Of a stretch of DNA of 64,000 nt, positions 45,410 through 59,028 are shown piece after piece. The stretch covers positions 83,140,158-83,204,157 of the forward strand of contig NC_057719.1 in NCBI RefSeq assembly GCF_004010195.1. The letters are read 5' to 3'. The notes under the pieces were generated by a model. That model worked only from the letters and a program-made list of their open reading frames with translations. It searched no databases and was not told the DNA's origin. This stretch comes from Chiloscyllium plagiosum (lineage: Eukaryota). The first letter of the stretch is position 1. Each line of letters begins with the position of its first letter. Both the position numbers and the translations under genes were made by a program.

Positions 45410-46603
45410 GTGAGGATTATCAAGTCAACCTTGATCTCATTGAATGGTGGAGCAAACTCAATGGCCTACTGTCCAGCTATCCTGAGCCAAGCAGAGGTGC
45501 GCTTATCCCGGGTTTTAACTGATGTGGGAGAGATTGGGATTGCTTTCCTTGGAACAGAGAAGGCTGATCACTGACATGACTGAGGTATACAAAACTGTGA
45601 GGGGTAGAGATAGACGGGAGGAACCTGTTTCCCTTGGCAGAGAGTTCAAAAACCAGGGGTCGTAGATTCAAGCTAAGTGGCAGGAGGAGACATGAGGAAA
45701 AATGTTTTCATGGAGAGAGTGGTGGGTGTCTGGAAATCGCTGCCCTGAGTTGGTGGTGGAGACAGAGACTCTAAGCTCTTTTTAAAAAAGTACCTGAAAC
45801 TGAACCTTAAGTGGTGTAAGCTGCAGAGATTTGGGCCGTGGGCGATATGGTGGGATTAGAAAATGGCCGGCTCCGCATAGGGCCAAATGGCCCCCTTCTG
45901 TGTTGCATCATTTCTACAGTTCTATTCCCAAAATGTGACAATCAGTGAGGCTGAAATAAATCGCTGTTACGGGCTAGTGTGCACCTCGCTTCTCTTTAAG
46001 TAAATGTTGAGGCAATTTCCCAAGGAAACTCAGACATGTAATCCCAGTAATCATTGTTTTCCTGTGGCGCAGAAAACACTACCTCTATTTATGGATTCGG
46101 GCATTCTTCTCTCTCCATGGCTGGGACCATATAATCACCGAGTAACGTGTCTCAGTCACAGCCTCCAGCAGCACTCTGCCTGACAGGAGGGACCTCAGAG
46201 TTCAGAGGGGGACGGGGAATGGGTGACCGGGGAGGAGCGGACATTACGGCCTAGCTGGCATGCAGATACAGAGACACAGAAAACAGGAGTAGGAGCAGGC
46301 CATTCGACCCTTTGAATCTGGTCTGCCATTCATGATGAGCATGGTTCAACGTCCAACCCAGTCCCCTGTTCCCATTTTCAATCCATACCCTTTGACCCCT
46401 TTAGCCCTGAAGAACTATTACCTGCTCCTTGGAAACATTCGGTGTTTTTGCCTCGACCACTTTAACTGGCAAAGAACTCCACAGGCTCACTACTCTCTGG
46501 GTGAAGAGAATTTCTCACCAATGGCCTACCCTGTATTCTCAAACTGTGACTCAGGGCTCTGGACTCCTTGATCATTGGGAACATCCTTCCTGCGATTAGC
46601 ATT

Positions 46604-46912
46604 GTGGAATCCTGATGGTGTGGAAGCAGACCATTCAGCCCATTGAGTCCACACCGACCCTTCGGAGCGCATTCCACACCTGTCCCTGTGACCCTGCAGT
46701 CCCTATGGCTAAGCCACCTGGGCCGCACATCCCTGGACACTGCGGGCAATTTAGCACGGCCAATCTGCCTAACCTGCACTGTGGGAGGAAACTAACCCAG
46801 ACACAGGGAGGACCTGCAAACTTCCCACAGACAATCGCCCGAGGCTGGAATCGAACCCGGGTCCCTGGCGCAGTGAGGCAGCGGTGCTATCCACTGAGCC
46901 ACCGTGCCACCC
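46604..46912 (-). mobile_element. HE1-type SINE nested in a CR1 fragment (46280-46950)
   Basis: Intact A box TGGCTCAGTGG and B box GGTTCGATTCC on the minus strand. Confidence 0.88.
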
Positions 46913-47071
46913 TATTAGGATTTTATAGGTTTCTATCATTCTTCTAAACTCCCAGTGATTACGACAGTCACAGGAATCAGTCTGGTAAACTGTTGCAAAG
47001 TAAGGAAAGTGGAACCCGGGCTTGGCCCAGTGGGGTAGGCTGAAGAAAGGTTCAGAAATGATTCCTCTTAC

Positions 47072-47847
47072 CCAGGAGGGCAAACGATGCAAGGGGGGAG
47101 GCGGAGGCTCGTTCCTGGGGGAGGAGCTTTCAGAATCTGCCGAAGCCTCTTTCGATGCAGGTAGTGACGGTAGCGAGGGTGGCGAGGGCGACGGTGATGA
47201 TGTTGGGGAGGGGACAGAGCATTCCTTGGCCGGGGCGCCGCCACTTTCTTCAGTCTCCATTTGCTCAGGAACGTCGTCGATGTCCGTCTCCTGGACCCGG
47301 ACCGGTTGCCGGGCGGGGCCAGCAGGTTTGAAGGAGGGACAGATGTCGATGCGGACGACACGGTGGGGCCTGGCAGCGGTTCCGGCATGCGGCTGGCTGA
47401 GGTGTTTCTTCGCCAGCTGGATGCTGTCCCTCGGAGCCAGCGGCGTCCTCGCCTTGGGCAGGGTCATGCTGGTGCCCACTGGGCCTTCCCTGGCCGCCAA
47501 GGCTGGCAGGGCGGGCCTCGGCCTCTGGGTGGCGCCCTCGGCGTCCGGAGGGGCCTTCACTGTCTCCTTGGCGGCCCGCGGTGGGGGCCCAGCTTGGGGG
47601 CATTCATCCTCTGCCAGGCCCGGGGCAGACTCAGGAGAGCAGGCCTCATGCCAAAGCAGCCTACTCCCCGCCTCGGCGCAGCCCTCCTCCCCCTCCGTGG
47701 GGCTCCGTCGAGACTGCTCCTTCCTCCCCTCGACACAGGGCTCCTCACCCCCTGGCGCAGGCCGGGGTGGGGCAGCTGAAGGCACGGGGGATGCTTCCGA
47801 GGCTCTGTCCACTGTCGCGTCAGCTCCCGGTCGCTCGCTCCGTGAAT
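47072..47847 (-). CDS. PLEKHH1: PLEKHH1 large exon (low-complexity linker)
   Basis: 776 nt, CAG/GTAAGA, phase 1/0; contains SMTLPKARTPLAPRDSIQLAKKHLSQP and PPPPPLHRLPSW. Confidence 0.9.
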
Positions 47848-48825
47848 CTGTTCAACATAAAAAGTGAGCTCGGTTTACTGGAGATGCCCAAAGGTCTTCA
47901 AACATCAGAAAAATGAAGGAAATCTCTCAATATTAATGGGGGAGGGGGTTAGTGGGCATGAACTGGAGGGAGACACATAGAAACTAAGAGGAGTAGGCCA
48001 TTCGGCCCTTCATTCCTCCCCACGACTGATCATCCAGACCCTGCTCCCCCTTTCTCCCCATACCTTTTGATCCCTTTAGCCCTAAGAAGTAAATGTAACC
48101 CCTTTGTGAAAACATTCAATGTTTTGGCCTCAACCGTTTACTGTGGTAATGAATTCCACAGGCTCCCCACTCTCTGGCTGTGCACCCTTTTAAAACCACC
48201 ACCCTGCCCCCACGGCCAGAATTCATGAGACTCCCCCACCCTCTCCCATGCCCAAACCCACAACCTCCCCTCACCAGCACCAAATACTAGGCCCTGAAGG
48301 AAATCTTGGCTCATCATCTCAGTCAGGATCCGAAATGGCCTACCCTGTGTCCTTACTGGGATTGGAGGGAGTGGGAGGAGGTGGGTGTGTGGGACAAGGG
48401 TGGGGGGTGAATGGGGTGAGGGAGGTTACTGGGGTGGGGGCTGCGGTATGGGAAAGGCTGCGATGAGACGTCGGGCATTGGGAGGGGTGGGGAACGACGG
48501 TATGGGAGCTCGTGGAGGTGGTGACGGGGAGGGTGGTAACAGGGGTACAGGGCAGCACAGGGCAGCAGGGCTGACAAATGGTGGGAAGGGCATGACAAGA
48601 AAGGGGGGGGCAACAGAGTGTGGATTTGAGAGATTTTTGGGAGGCCTGGCTGTGGGTGGAGATGCTTGACTGATTGGGGCTTACGGCAATGGAAGCGATG
48701 ATGTGGGAAGACTGGAACGTAGGGGTTTGGGTGTGGAGTCTGTAGTTGGGTAACCAGCTGGCAAAAGAGTTGTGAATAATCCCCTACCCACAATATGGCC
48801 TTTCTCAGAGGTGGGCAAGTCCTAT

Positions 48826-49552
48826 CACAGAGTCATAGAGATGTACAGCACGGAAGCAGACCCTTCGGTCCAACTCGTCCATGCTGTCCAGATATCTTAA
48901 ATTAATCTAGTCCCATTTGCCAGCACTTTGATCCATATCCCTCTAAACCCTTCCTATTCATATACACATCCAGATGCCTTTTAAATGCTGTAATTGTACT
49001 AGACTCCATCACTTCGTCATTCCGTATACAGGTGCATGAAAAAGTTGCCCCTTAGGTCCCTTTTAAATTTTTCCCACCTCACCCTAAACTTATGCCCCCT
49101 AGTTCTGGACTCCCCTACTCCAGAGAAAAGACCGTGTCTATTTGGACTCCCCTACTCCAGAGAAAAGACCGTGTCTATTTATCCTATCCATGCCCCTCGT
49201 GGCTTTATAAACCTCTATAAGGTCACCCCTCAGCCTCTGACACTCCAGGGAAAACAGCCCCAGCCTGTTCAGCCTCTCCCTGTAGATCAATTCCTCCAAC
49301 CCTGGCAACATCCTTGTAGATCTTTTCTGAACCCTTTCAAGTTTCACAACAGCTTTCTGATAGGAAGGAGATCAGAATTGCACGCAATATTCCAACAGTG
49401 GCCTAACCAATGTGCTGTACAGCTGCAACATGACCTCCCAACTCCTGTACTCAATACTCTGACCAATAAAGGAAAGCATACCAAACGCCTTCTTCACTAT
49501 CCTATCTACCCGCGACTCCACTTTCAACGAGCTATGAACCTGCACTCCAAGT
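48826..49552 (-). mobile_element. CR1 LINE 3' fragment, followed by an opposite-strand CR1 end at 49600-49880
   Basis: LVRPLLEYCVQF and KLERVQKRSTRMLPG motifs. Confidence 0.88.
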
Positions 49553-50426
49553 AGCTTTGACCACAATTTGGGTTGGAAGTATTGCAAAGGAAGCCTCTTG
49601 CCTTGTTTCAAATAAGGGGTACGCCATTTAGAACAGAGTTGAGAAACTTCTTCACCCAGAGAGTGGTGGATATATGGAATTCGCTGCCCCAGAAGGCAGT
49701 GAAGGTCAAGTCTCTGGATACTTTTGAGAAAGAGATGGAGGGAGCTCTTAAAGATAGTGGACTCAAGGATTATGGGGCTAAGGCAGGAACAGGATACTGA
49801 TTGTGGATGATCAGCCATGATCATAATGAATGGAAGGGCCAAATGGCCTACTCCTGCACCTATTGTCTATTATCTATTGTCACACACATTATCAACACTG
49901 ATCCACCCAGTCCACTATCGCCACTTCTATCCAGCTTCCAATTCTCACCACCAGCCCGAATTCTTCTACGCGCTGCGCTCTTGGGTATCAAGGCCACGTT
50001 TTGGTCCCGGGAGGCGAGAGGGGGAACAAAAATTTGGGCCACGGAGGCAGGGTGGAGGTTTTAAAATGGTGCACAGCTGAGCAGGTCCAATGTTCACTGC
50101 CGTACAGGGATTAGACAGACAGTACGGACTTCCTCAGCACCATCAAAAGCAATCACCATTCCCTCCCCCAACCAAGCTGAGGAACTGGTTCAGCCATTCA
50201 GTCATCTGAGCCTGCTGCTCCATTCGGTCCCAGCACGGCAACTCACACCCTCCATTCTCTTCTCTTGTCTTTCCTGAACAAAATCTATAAACCGGACTCT
50301 CAAAAGTTTCAGTTGACTCTCCCTTTTCCAAAAGCCTTGGCGGCATTTGGGATACAGAATTCCAAATTCCCATCATCTTTCATATGGAAAATGTGTCCTC
50401 GGTCTGATCTTAAACCTACCCATATA

Positions 50427-50870
50427 CAGAGAAACCTCGATTGTCCAAACGAGATGGGTGGGCACTATTTTTTTCGGAAAATTGATTATTCGGTTAATTG
50501 TTTCAATGCCTTTCCTCTGGGGCTCGGAGTTTTATGTTAGGTCTGCTCCCCGTTCAGGAGACTAGCAACAGCACACCACCCGTCCACCCACGCTCCTATC
50601 CGCCCTCCAACCCTGACCAATACTGACCCTCCCCCCCCCATCACTGTTCCCCACCCCCCCATCCCGAGACGGTGCCTGGGCACCCATCGATGTCCAGGAC
50701 TGTTCTCGGCAGCACTTCAGTGATCCGAGTTCACTTTTAATCTGTAAACAAAAGGCGCGATCAATGTTGGAAGCACATCTTTGATGTAACGTTTCTATCA
50801 GGCCCTCGAGATCTCCTTCAGATAATCCGATATTCAGATAATTGATATTCGGATAATAGAAGTTTCCCTG
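50427..50870. mobile_element. Non-autonomous TIR element, same family as the 41936 MITE
   Basis: TA-CAGAGAAACCTCGATTGTCCAAAC...TTCGGATAATAGAAGTTTCCCTG-TA; subterminal TTC(G/A)GATAAT x3. Confidence 0.8.
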
Positions 50871-52687
50871 TACCTAACCTTAAAATGGTGTCCCATAGCA
50901 CCGGATTCCTCAGTAAGAGGGAGGTTTGTCTGGGACTCCATCAATACATCGAGTCTCTGTATCTGATCTCGTCACATTGTGTAGTAACTGGTCTTCTAAC
51001 CTAGGCCTCTACTTGCCGGTATGCCTCTTATGAGTCCAGGTGTGGTCCCTCAAAACAATACCCATCATCCCAGCAGAATATCTACCACAGCGATGGTGCT
51101 CCAGCAAAGTGAGGAGGGGACAACCACCCCCTGCCTCTGGACGACTCCCAAGTCAAAGGTGGAGGTTTCACTTTGAACAAGGATAGCGTTCAAAAAGGCC
51201 GGAACAAAATTTGTGGAAGCATTTGCAAACCCACAGACCTCCGACAGATCAAAGTGGGGGCTGAGGTGGAGGATTGGTTGTGGGTAACAGAGCAGGGTTT
51301 GTGGAGCTGGGGAGGAGGCGACCATTCGGCCCATCCTCACTCTCAGCCAGAGCAAGCAAAGTGGTCGCACTGGCTCCCCCAAACCCCAGCGAACCCCCAA
51401 AACACTGGAAGCCCCCGCCCTGAAATTTTTCTTTCCAGATAATTATCCGGTTTCCTTCCGAAAACCATGATTGGAACTCGTTCTGCCATGCTTACAGGAG
51501 GCCTCAGACCCTAAGCCCTAGCCGTGTGTAACGATTCACCTCACATTATCTCTCCTCATCTTGCTAACCAGCTCATCCTCTCAACCCTGGAGCCACTGGG
51601 AAACGGTTTGTGATGGAGTAGATCAAGCCAAACCATCAAAGGCTTGAAAAGGCTCATTCAACATCCTCTCAACTTACCTCCTTTTCGCTTGAAAAACAAA
51701 AGACCCACCAGCTACTCCAATCCATCCATGACGCCCTGCATCCCTGGGAGGTGTTCCCATGGATCTCCCCGTAAGTCCTTCACATCCTTCCCAAAGTTCC
51801 CTTCCCAGAACTGGGCAAAGTACTCCAGCTGAAGCTGAACCAGGATTTTATAAAGCTTCACCATAACTTAATTGCATTTGCACCCTTTGCTCATAACCTA
51901 CTCCTTGTCCCGATTTTGAAGATATGCGTTTGGTGGAGACAACAGCTCCTGCCCATTATTCTTGCAGCCTGGGAAATTAGATTCTTTTTTAGGGAAACCT
52001 ATCTGCTTTGACCCTTGCCTGATCGTGCTGCAAAAAGCAGTCTGAATGATCGAACTGAAAGATGATGGACATTCCTACTGGTTAATCCCTGGTTACTGAG
52101 TAACTAAGCACCGTTTCACATTTAGGCCTGTAAATCTGTTATTGTCGTTCCACTGAGTCATTCGGTTATTAAGCAGAATGTTACAGGAAAGCAGTCAAAC
52201 ATTAAACCCCAAGGTTAGGTATTTCCAAAACCAACTAACCTGTCTGTTCTGCAGCCTGTGTTTTGGGTCGGTTTTCACCGTATCACACACTAAGAGCCAA
52301 TTCTACAACATTTACATTGCACCGTTATAGTTGGGGAAGAGCTTCTGCACAACATTCCTGACCATGGGTCCAAATAGATGAACACAGAAAGACAGACCTG
52401 AATTTATATAGCACCTTTCACTACCTCATTGTGTTCCAGATCACCTAACATATCTTATCCTTTGTTTCTCCATCACAGTTTGGCCCAACCCTCAGTTGCC
52501 CTTGAACCGAGTGGTTTGCTCGGCACTATGGGAGCAGTTACTATACAGTAGTGTGCCCTGGAGTCATGTCTAGGCCAGACTGGGAAAGGTCCGGCAGATT
52601 TCAGTCCCTAAAGGGTGTGAGCAAACTGGATCGGCTTTCAACGGCAATCAATGATAGCTGCCCCAGCTGAGTCCAGAACGTTTAACG

Positions 52688-52729
52688 ACAGTTCTGAGGA
52701 AGGATCACCAGACCTGAAACGTTAACTGT
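52688..52729 (+). ncRNA. Minimal type I hammerhead ribozyme motif (third family)
   Basis: ACAGTT-CTGAGGA-AGGATC-ACCA-GACCT-GAAA-CGTT-AACTGT; perfect 6-bp helix I, AACGTT palindrome. Confidence 0.7.
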
Positions 52730-53502
52730 GATTTCTCTGCACAGATGTTGCCAGAGCCTGCTGAGCTTTACCAGCAGTTCCTGTCTTAACTACGAATGCT
52801 GTGGTGGTGAGATTTGAACCCGTCTCCCCACAGCATTCAACTGGGTGTCCAGATTACTGGTCCAGTGGCTATACCATTGTGCCTCCTCTGTGAATCTCTC
52901 TCTTTCTCATTCACTCTCTCTCTCATTCTTGCCTTCAGTTACCTGACTTACAATATCCTTCCTTCATCCGCCCTTAAGTTTTTATCTGACTCGCCCTCCC
53001 ATAAGCTGCCTTAGGACATTTGACAACATTAAAAAAGATGTGCTCTCAATCCTAATTGTTCATGTCGAACTAGGTCTATGTATCTATATATAAAATGACA
53101 TTGCTTCCGGTCAGTCACTTATTACACGCTCTGTGCCACAAACGCATCGACTTCCTGCTGCTGTTGCTGCATGGCTTAAATTTACCAAGACAAACAAACA
53201 CATCAACGCAAGGGAGGAAATGTCTGAGACCTGAGGAAAACAGGTTAACTCCATTTCCACACAGGAGCAAACCGCTGGCCTTGGTCAGTAAAGAACTGAC
53301 CAGGGAATGAATGGAACCAACTTAAATTTGACTGGTATCTTGAAGGCTCCCTCTTGCTGAACATTCAAGTCGGAATAAAGTCTGGGACAAAAGAAGGAAA
53401 CCGCGAGGCTGTTGGAGATGGTGTAAACGGGGTGATGGGGAAATGACAATTTGGCCGATCTGCCTTTACCCATCTGACACCACGTTCAGTGACCTCTCCT
53501 GT

Positions 53503-53843
53503 GGGCAGCACAGTGGCACAGTGGTTAGCACTGCTGCCTCACAGCTCCAGGGACCCAGGTTCAATTCCACCCTCGAGTGAGTGTCTGTGTGGAGTTTGCA
53601 CATTCTCCCCGTGTCTGCGTGGGTTTCCTCCGGGTGCTCTGGTTTCATCCCGCAATCCAAAAGGTGTGCAGGCTGGGTGGATTGGCCATGCTAAATTGCC
53701 CGTAGTGTCACAGGGATGTGCAGGGTAGGTGGGTTAGCCATGTGAAATGCAGTGTGACAGAGATGGTTTGGGTGGGTGGGACACTCTTTGGAGGGTCAGT
53801 GTGGACTCCTTGGGCCTATCGGCCTCCTGTAAGGAGATTCTAT
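53503..53843 (+). mobile_element. HE1-type SINE
   Basis: Head, V-domain, tail. Confidence 0.88.
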
Positions 53844-54531
53844 GATACTCCCTCCACTACCAATGGGCCCTGCCTGGAACCCAATAAAGCTGCACTGTCA
53901 CGTCCTAGCCCTGCGATTGATACTGATTAGGAGGACAAGGACAGCAAATGCATTGAAGCAACACCACCAACAAATGGTTTGTTTTCCGAGTGACACACAC
54001 TGCCCACTTGTTCATTGTCATCGGGTTAGTATTTTCCACCCACCCCCCCCGGCCTGTTCCTGAGAACACATCGGGATTACCTTCAGTACAAAGGCTGCAG
54101 TGGTTCATTCGGGCAGTGTTCTGTTATCAGCTCAAGGGCAAGTAGGTATTGGAGCTAAAATGGTGGTCTGCCCAGTCACACCCACAGGCCCAGACAGTCG
54201 TTATGAAACAGTCTGGCCCAGCAGTCGCACTTTCACTTCTGTGTTGGGAAAATATGGGCCTGACACAGCATACTATTGCTACCTTTCAGAGGAGGCCTTA
54301 ACCCAAGGCCTCTGCCCAACGCTGAATTAGAGGCTTCAATCTCTGGGAGTAGGCCTCAAACCCATGAGGTGCTGACTTTGGAAGCAACCGGCCATTTCAG
54401 CCATATGTTTGAACTGTGGACCCCTCACCCCCTTCCCAACAGCAGAGGAAATGTGGTAGCTGGTCCACGCACAGCAAGATCCACACAGACCATAACATGA
54501 TATGCGGCCTGATGACTGAAGGATAATCATT

Positions 54532-54868
54532 GGGCGGCATGGTGACTCAGTGGTTAGCACTGCTGCCTCACAGTGTCAGGGACCTAGATCGATTCCAGTC
54601 TCAGGTGACTGCGTGGAGTTTGCACATTCTCCCCGTGTCTGCATGGGTTTCCTCTGGGTGCTCCGGTTTCCTCCCACAGTCCAAAGATGTGCAGGTTAGG
54701 TGAGTTGACCATGCTAAATTGCCCGTAGTGTTCAGGGATGTGTTGGTTAGGTGCATCAGTCAGGGGTAGATATAGGGTAGGGGAATGGGTCTGGGTGGGT
54801 TACTCTTCGGAGGGTCAGTGTGGACTTGTTGGGCCGAAGGGCCTGTTTCCACACTGCTGGGATCTATG
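54532..54868 (+). mobile_element. HE1-type SINE
   Basis: Head, V-domain, tail. Confidence 0.88.
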
Positions 54869-55226
54869 ATTGGCGAGGGGTTTTGAGAAAGGAGAGTGGA
54901 CAGACAGCTAAGAATGCGCAGAGATCAAAGTGCCCTCCGGGGGATGGATTATATCAGCTGGGTTTCAGAGAGGGAATCGGATGAAGATTTGCCAGATAAA
55001 GCCTTTGAAGGGAATGAAAACTAGAATTGTAGTTCCTTTTTTTTTAAAACAAAGACTTCCAGACCACCCAGACACACCAAAAGGCTTCTTAGTGTTCCTT
55101 TGCGTTGGTCGGTGGACATGAGCACCTTGCTCTGAAGTTAGCCAAAGAGGAACATGGACGATTCAAAGCAAGTTCCCATTTCTCATTTCAAGACCTCAAA
55201 TTCCTGTATAGGACAAACAGTCGTAC

Positions 55227-55308
55227 CTTGAATCTTGGCCTGCAGGGCTTCAATCTGTTCAGCTTGTTTCTGGGTCGTTTCTTTGAGATGGTGGTTTTCA
55301 AATTCCAG
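55227..55308 (-). CDS. PLEKHH1: PLEKHH1 coding exon (coiled coil end)
   Basis: 82 nt, T-rich tract with AAG acceptor, GTACGA donor; LEFENHHLKETTQKQAEQIEALQAKIQ, phase 0/1; absent from the ORF track. Confidence 0.85.
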
Positions 55309-57599
55309 CTTCAAAATTTAAATTAAAAAAAAAAGATTCACCACAATGTCAAAATGAGAAGGGAAGGAAACTTGCATTTACATGGCGCCATTCACCTCTG
55401 TCAAGCGTACACAAAGCCTCACAGCTAATGAGGGCTGTCAAGGCTCAGCGTTTCCATTTTTGTTTCATCACCGCCCCCCCCCTCCCCTTTCTCAATAGAG
55501 AGGGGGGGCAATAGCAGCCGTGACACGTGATTCCCAAGTACAACTGCGGCAGTACGACACTGGAGATGTGTCTAATGTAGAGAGCACCTCTAGGCTATTA
55601 CAGGCCCACAGAAAATGCTTTAACAACCTCCACAGGCCTCCCATTTTGGCTGCATGGATTCCCATCAGCCCCACCTACCAGCTACGTGCCCCCTTGACAC
55701 CACCCATCCTTAACCAGCGGGGCACAGGAGAACATCGCCCAGCGTTACCCAATTAACCGTGTGTGTGTGTATCTGTGTGTGTCTGGAGGTGGGTGGGAGA
55801 GGGGGGTAGAGAAGAAGAGAATCAATAAGCGTTACTCTTTGCCGGAGGCTTGGGAGTGGAGGGGATGGGTTTCAGATTGCAAGGAAAGGGAAAACCGGGA
55901 ATAAACAGCTTCCCTGGGACAGGCCTGGAAAACCCGCCCAGGGGTTTGGTAAGCTCGGCTGGAGAAGCTCGAAGCAGTGAGGGGGCAGGCAGGTTGAAGG
56001 TTCAGGCAGGGCCCAGGTGAGGCAGTTTGAGACGTTTGTCGGCTCTGGTGAGGGAGGACCAGAAACAGCAGCCTTGGCTGCACCATCAGACCATCCCAGG
56101 GTCGGGAGGAACTTCCTCCCAGGAAGGACAGTGGAAATCTGGAAGGTGGTGGTGGTGGTGGGGGGGAATATAAACAAAGAGCATGACCTCCTTCCAAATG
56201 GCTAAGTCCAGGCTTGCGGTATTTAATAATATTTTGACATTCTAGCCCAGGAATGCACGTTAATCATCTGATGATAAGAGCGGGGCCAGGGGGTCAAGGA
56301 ATGTGCAGAGATTCCGGAACGATGATGTATTGCCTGGATGCAGCACCTGGAGGGAGCGTGAACTCAAATCTTTGGACGGCAGCAGGTTTGTCCCCTGCAG
56401 CGACCCATAGTTGCCTGAACTGGAGGAGTGGGGGAGAGTGTGATAGGAACACCCTCTTCCCTGAGCTCCTTTATGGCGGGGGCCACGTGCGAGGGGTGAT
56501 CAAGTGAGGGCCAGAGTTCTGGCAACAGGGTAAAGGCTACGGGGGGAGATGCAGGCCCAGTGAGAAGTGAGATTGTGCCTAGTCTCCCATTCATTGAAGA
56601 TTGAGGTGGAACATTCCGGCCCCAAGGCTGGGATGGAAACCCCATTTGGAACGCCTTGGAACCCTGCCCCGTTCCCGCCTCCATCCTCAACGCTCGATGT
56701 TCCCGCCCCTCCACCAGCAGAGGGCCCAAAACGGGTCAACGACTGATCGCTTGAGGGCCTCATCCGGCACCTTCTGGTGACCGGCAGCTTTCAGATGGGC
56801 AGAACGGCCTCCATCTCGATGGACAGGCTTCCGGTGACCACTTGGGCGCCTGTGTGTCGGAGGATCTGCCAGGTTTTCACATCCCCCTTTTGTGAGGGAG
56901 CCCGGGACCAGTTGGTATAACCTGAGAATAAGGGGTCACCCTATTTATGACAGGGACAAGGTGGAACGACTTCTCTCAGAGCGGAGTGAATCTGTACCAC
57001 AGGAGGCTGTTGAGATTGAGCCATAAAGCATACTGCTTTTATCTGGGGTTTTGTTTCTCTGCGTAGTCCCCCCACCCACCCTTGCACAAAGGGGTTTTAG
57101 GAGAGGCTGGCGAAAGGGAAAGGGGGGGGGTGGGGGGGGGAGATTTACTCAGATGAGGAAAACTGTTTTCACCCAGAGTGTGGTGAGCCTGCGAAATTCC
57201 CTGCCACAGGAAGTGGCTGAAGCCAAGATAGCAAACGTTTTCCCAGAAGGAGACAGATATAGTTCTTGGAGCTAAAGGGATCAAAGGGTATGGGGAGCAT
57301 TGGGTGGTCAGCCATGAACGTATTGAATGAAGGCTCGAAGGACCGAATGGCCTACTCCTGCCCAGTTTTCTGTGCTCCGATATTAAAAGCACCTCTTAGA
57401 GCAGGAGAGGGAGAGGTGGGAAGTGAGGTCAGAAGATTCAGGCGGCGAGTTCCTGAGGCAAGCTGTAGGCAACAAGGGGGAAGCGATCAAAATTAGGGCA
57501 AGAGGCCAGGACTGGAGGAGCGCAGCGATCGCGGCGGGTTCGGCATCTCTTTCCTCTCACTTCACATTGCAAAGTGTCCTCGGCGGACCCAGGACTCAC

Positions 57600-57683
57600 C
57601 TCTCTTAACTTAAACGTCACCCACTCTTTGATTCTAGCTGCCTTCTCCTCAATCACCTTCGCCTCCCGTGCTCTCATCTGGCT
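57600..57683 (-). CDS. PLEKHH1: PLEKHH1 coding exon (coiled coil)
   Basis: 84 nt, AG/GTGAGT; SQMRAREAKVIEEKAARIKEWVTFKLRE. Confidence 0.92.
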
Positions 57684-58269
57684 CTGAGAGAAAGAAGGAT
57701 TTTAAAACCGACCTTGAGCAGGAATTCATTTCCGCATTCCAAAACGTCGCGCGAAGCAGCGCAACTGGATAAAATTTCAATCGATGAGATTAAACAAGAA
57801 AACTTGACAGGTTTGGAAGTCGGTACACAAGCTTGGAGGTAAAATAAATAACAGCGTTTTCACACAGTGAGAGTAAAGCATTCGTTTTTGTTCAACATTA
57901 GTCATGTTAGATAATGTTTTTAAACATGCCAGTGTTCATTTGACCTACGACCCGGAAGCAGGCCAGGAACAATGCCTCCCTAGGCCTGTCAGCCCACTGA
58001 TCCGGAATGTTCTGTCAAAAAAAACTGTTTCAAATATCACTAAAGTCAGACTGGACCAATTCGAATATTGCTCAATGTGAAGTTAAACAGTAGCCTATTT
58101 AAAATGGATGGATGATTGTTAATCAAATTGCCACCCACAATTTTGCTAGCCTGTTTATCATGTGTCAGCCATGACTCATTGGCACACACACTCTTATCTC
58201 TAAGTCCAAAGCCTTCTTTTACAGTCTCGAACACAGAATTTAGGCTGATATCCCAGTGCACCAAAGTGC

Positions 58270-58930
58270 CTGTGTCTGCCTATCTCAGGAAAGATATTAT
58301 AGCCGTAGAGGGAGAGCAACAAAGGTTCATCAAATCTGTTCCTGGGACTGGCAGGCAGGATGAAGAGAGATTGGTCAAAATGGGCCTGTGTTCACTAGAG
58401 TTTCAAATAACAAGAGGGGCTTGCATTGACACTGACAAAATAGTTAAAGAGATAAGACAGGGGACTTGGGGGAATGGAAAACCAAGGGTTATGCTTTGAA
58501 AGTGATGGGGTGCCATTTTGGGACAGAGTATGGTGGGGGGGTGGGGGGATCTGATAGAAACATTTAAAATTATGAAGGGAATAGCTAAGTTAGAAGCAGG
58601 GAGGATGTTTCCACTGGTGGGTGAAACTAGAACGAGGGGGCCCAGCCTCAAAATATGGGGGAGCGGATTTAGGACTGAGCCGAGAAGGAACGTCTTCACC
58701 CAGAGGGTTGTGGATCTGGAATTCCCTGCCCAGTGAAGGTGTTGAGGCTGCCTCGTTGGATGTATTTAAGGCAAAGATAGATAGATTTTTCAACGGTAAA
58801 GGAATTAAGGGTTATGGTGAGAGGGAAGGTTAGTGGAGCGGAGTTTATGAAAAAGATCAGCCACGATCTTATTGAATGGGGGAGCAGGATCAAGGGGTCA
58901 GATGGCCTACTCCTGCTCCTAGTTCTTATG
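58270..58930 (+). mobile_element. CR1 LINE fragments
   Basis: GDLIETFKIMKG...FTQRVV plus 3' UTR. Confidence 0.82.
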
Positions 58931-59028
58931 TCCTTAGATGAGGTGAAATTTATTTATTTATTAAGAAGGTGGTGTACCTTTGGAATCCAGAGGTTCAGTG
59001 GAAGCTAAGTCTTTCAAGTCTATTTAAA

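Noticed and set aside
47022..47867. 281-aa plus-strand ORF and other overlapping ORFs
   Set aside because: Antisense shadow of the GC-rich large PLEKHH1 exon
52240..52289. Possible extra exon (TAG...GTTAGT)
   Set aside because: 50 nt, phase-incompatible with the flanking exons, weak pyrimidine tract; 55227 joins 47847 in frame without it
56711..56727. CTCF-like motif CCACCAGCAGAGGGCCC
   Set aside because: A single short motif with no supporting evidence; expected by chance in 64 kb
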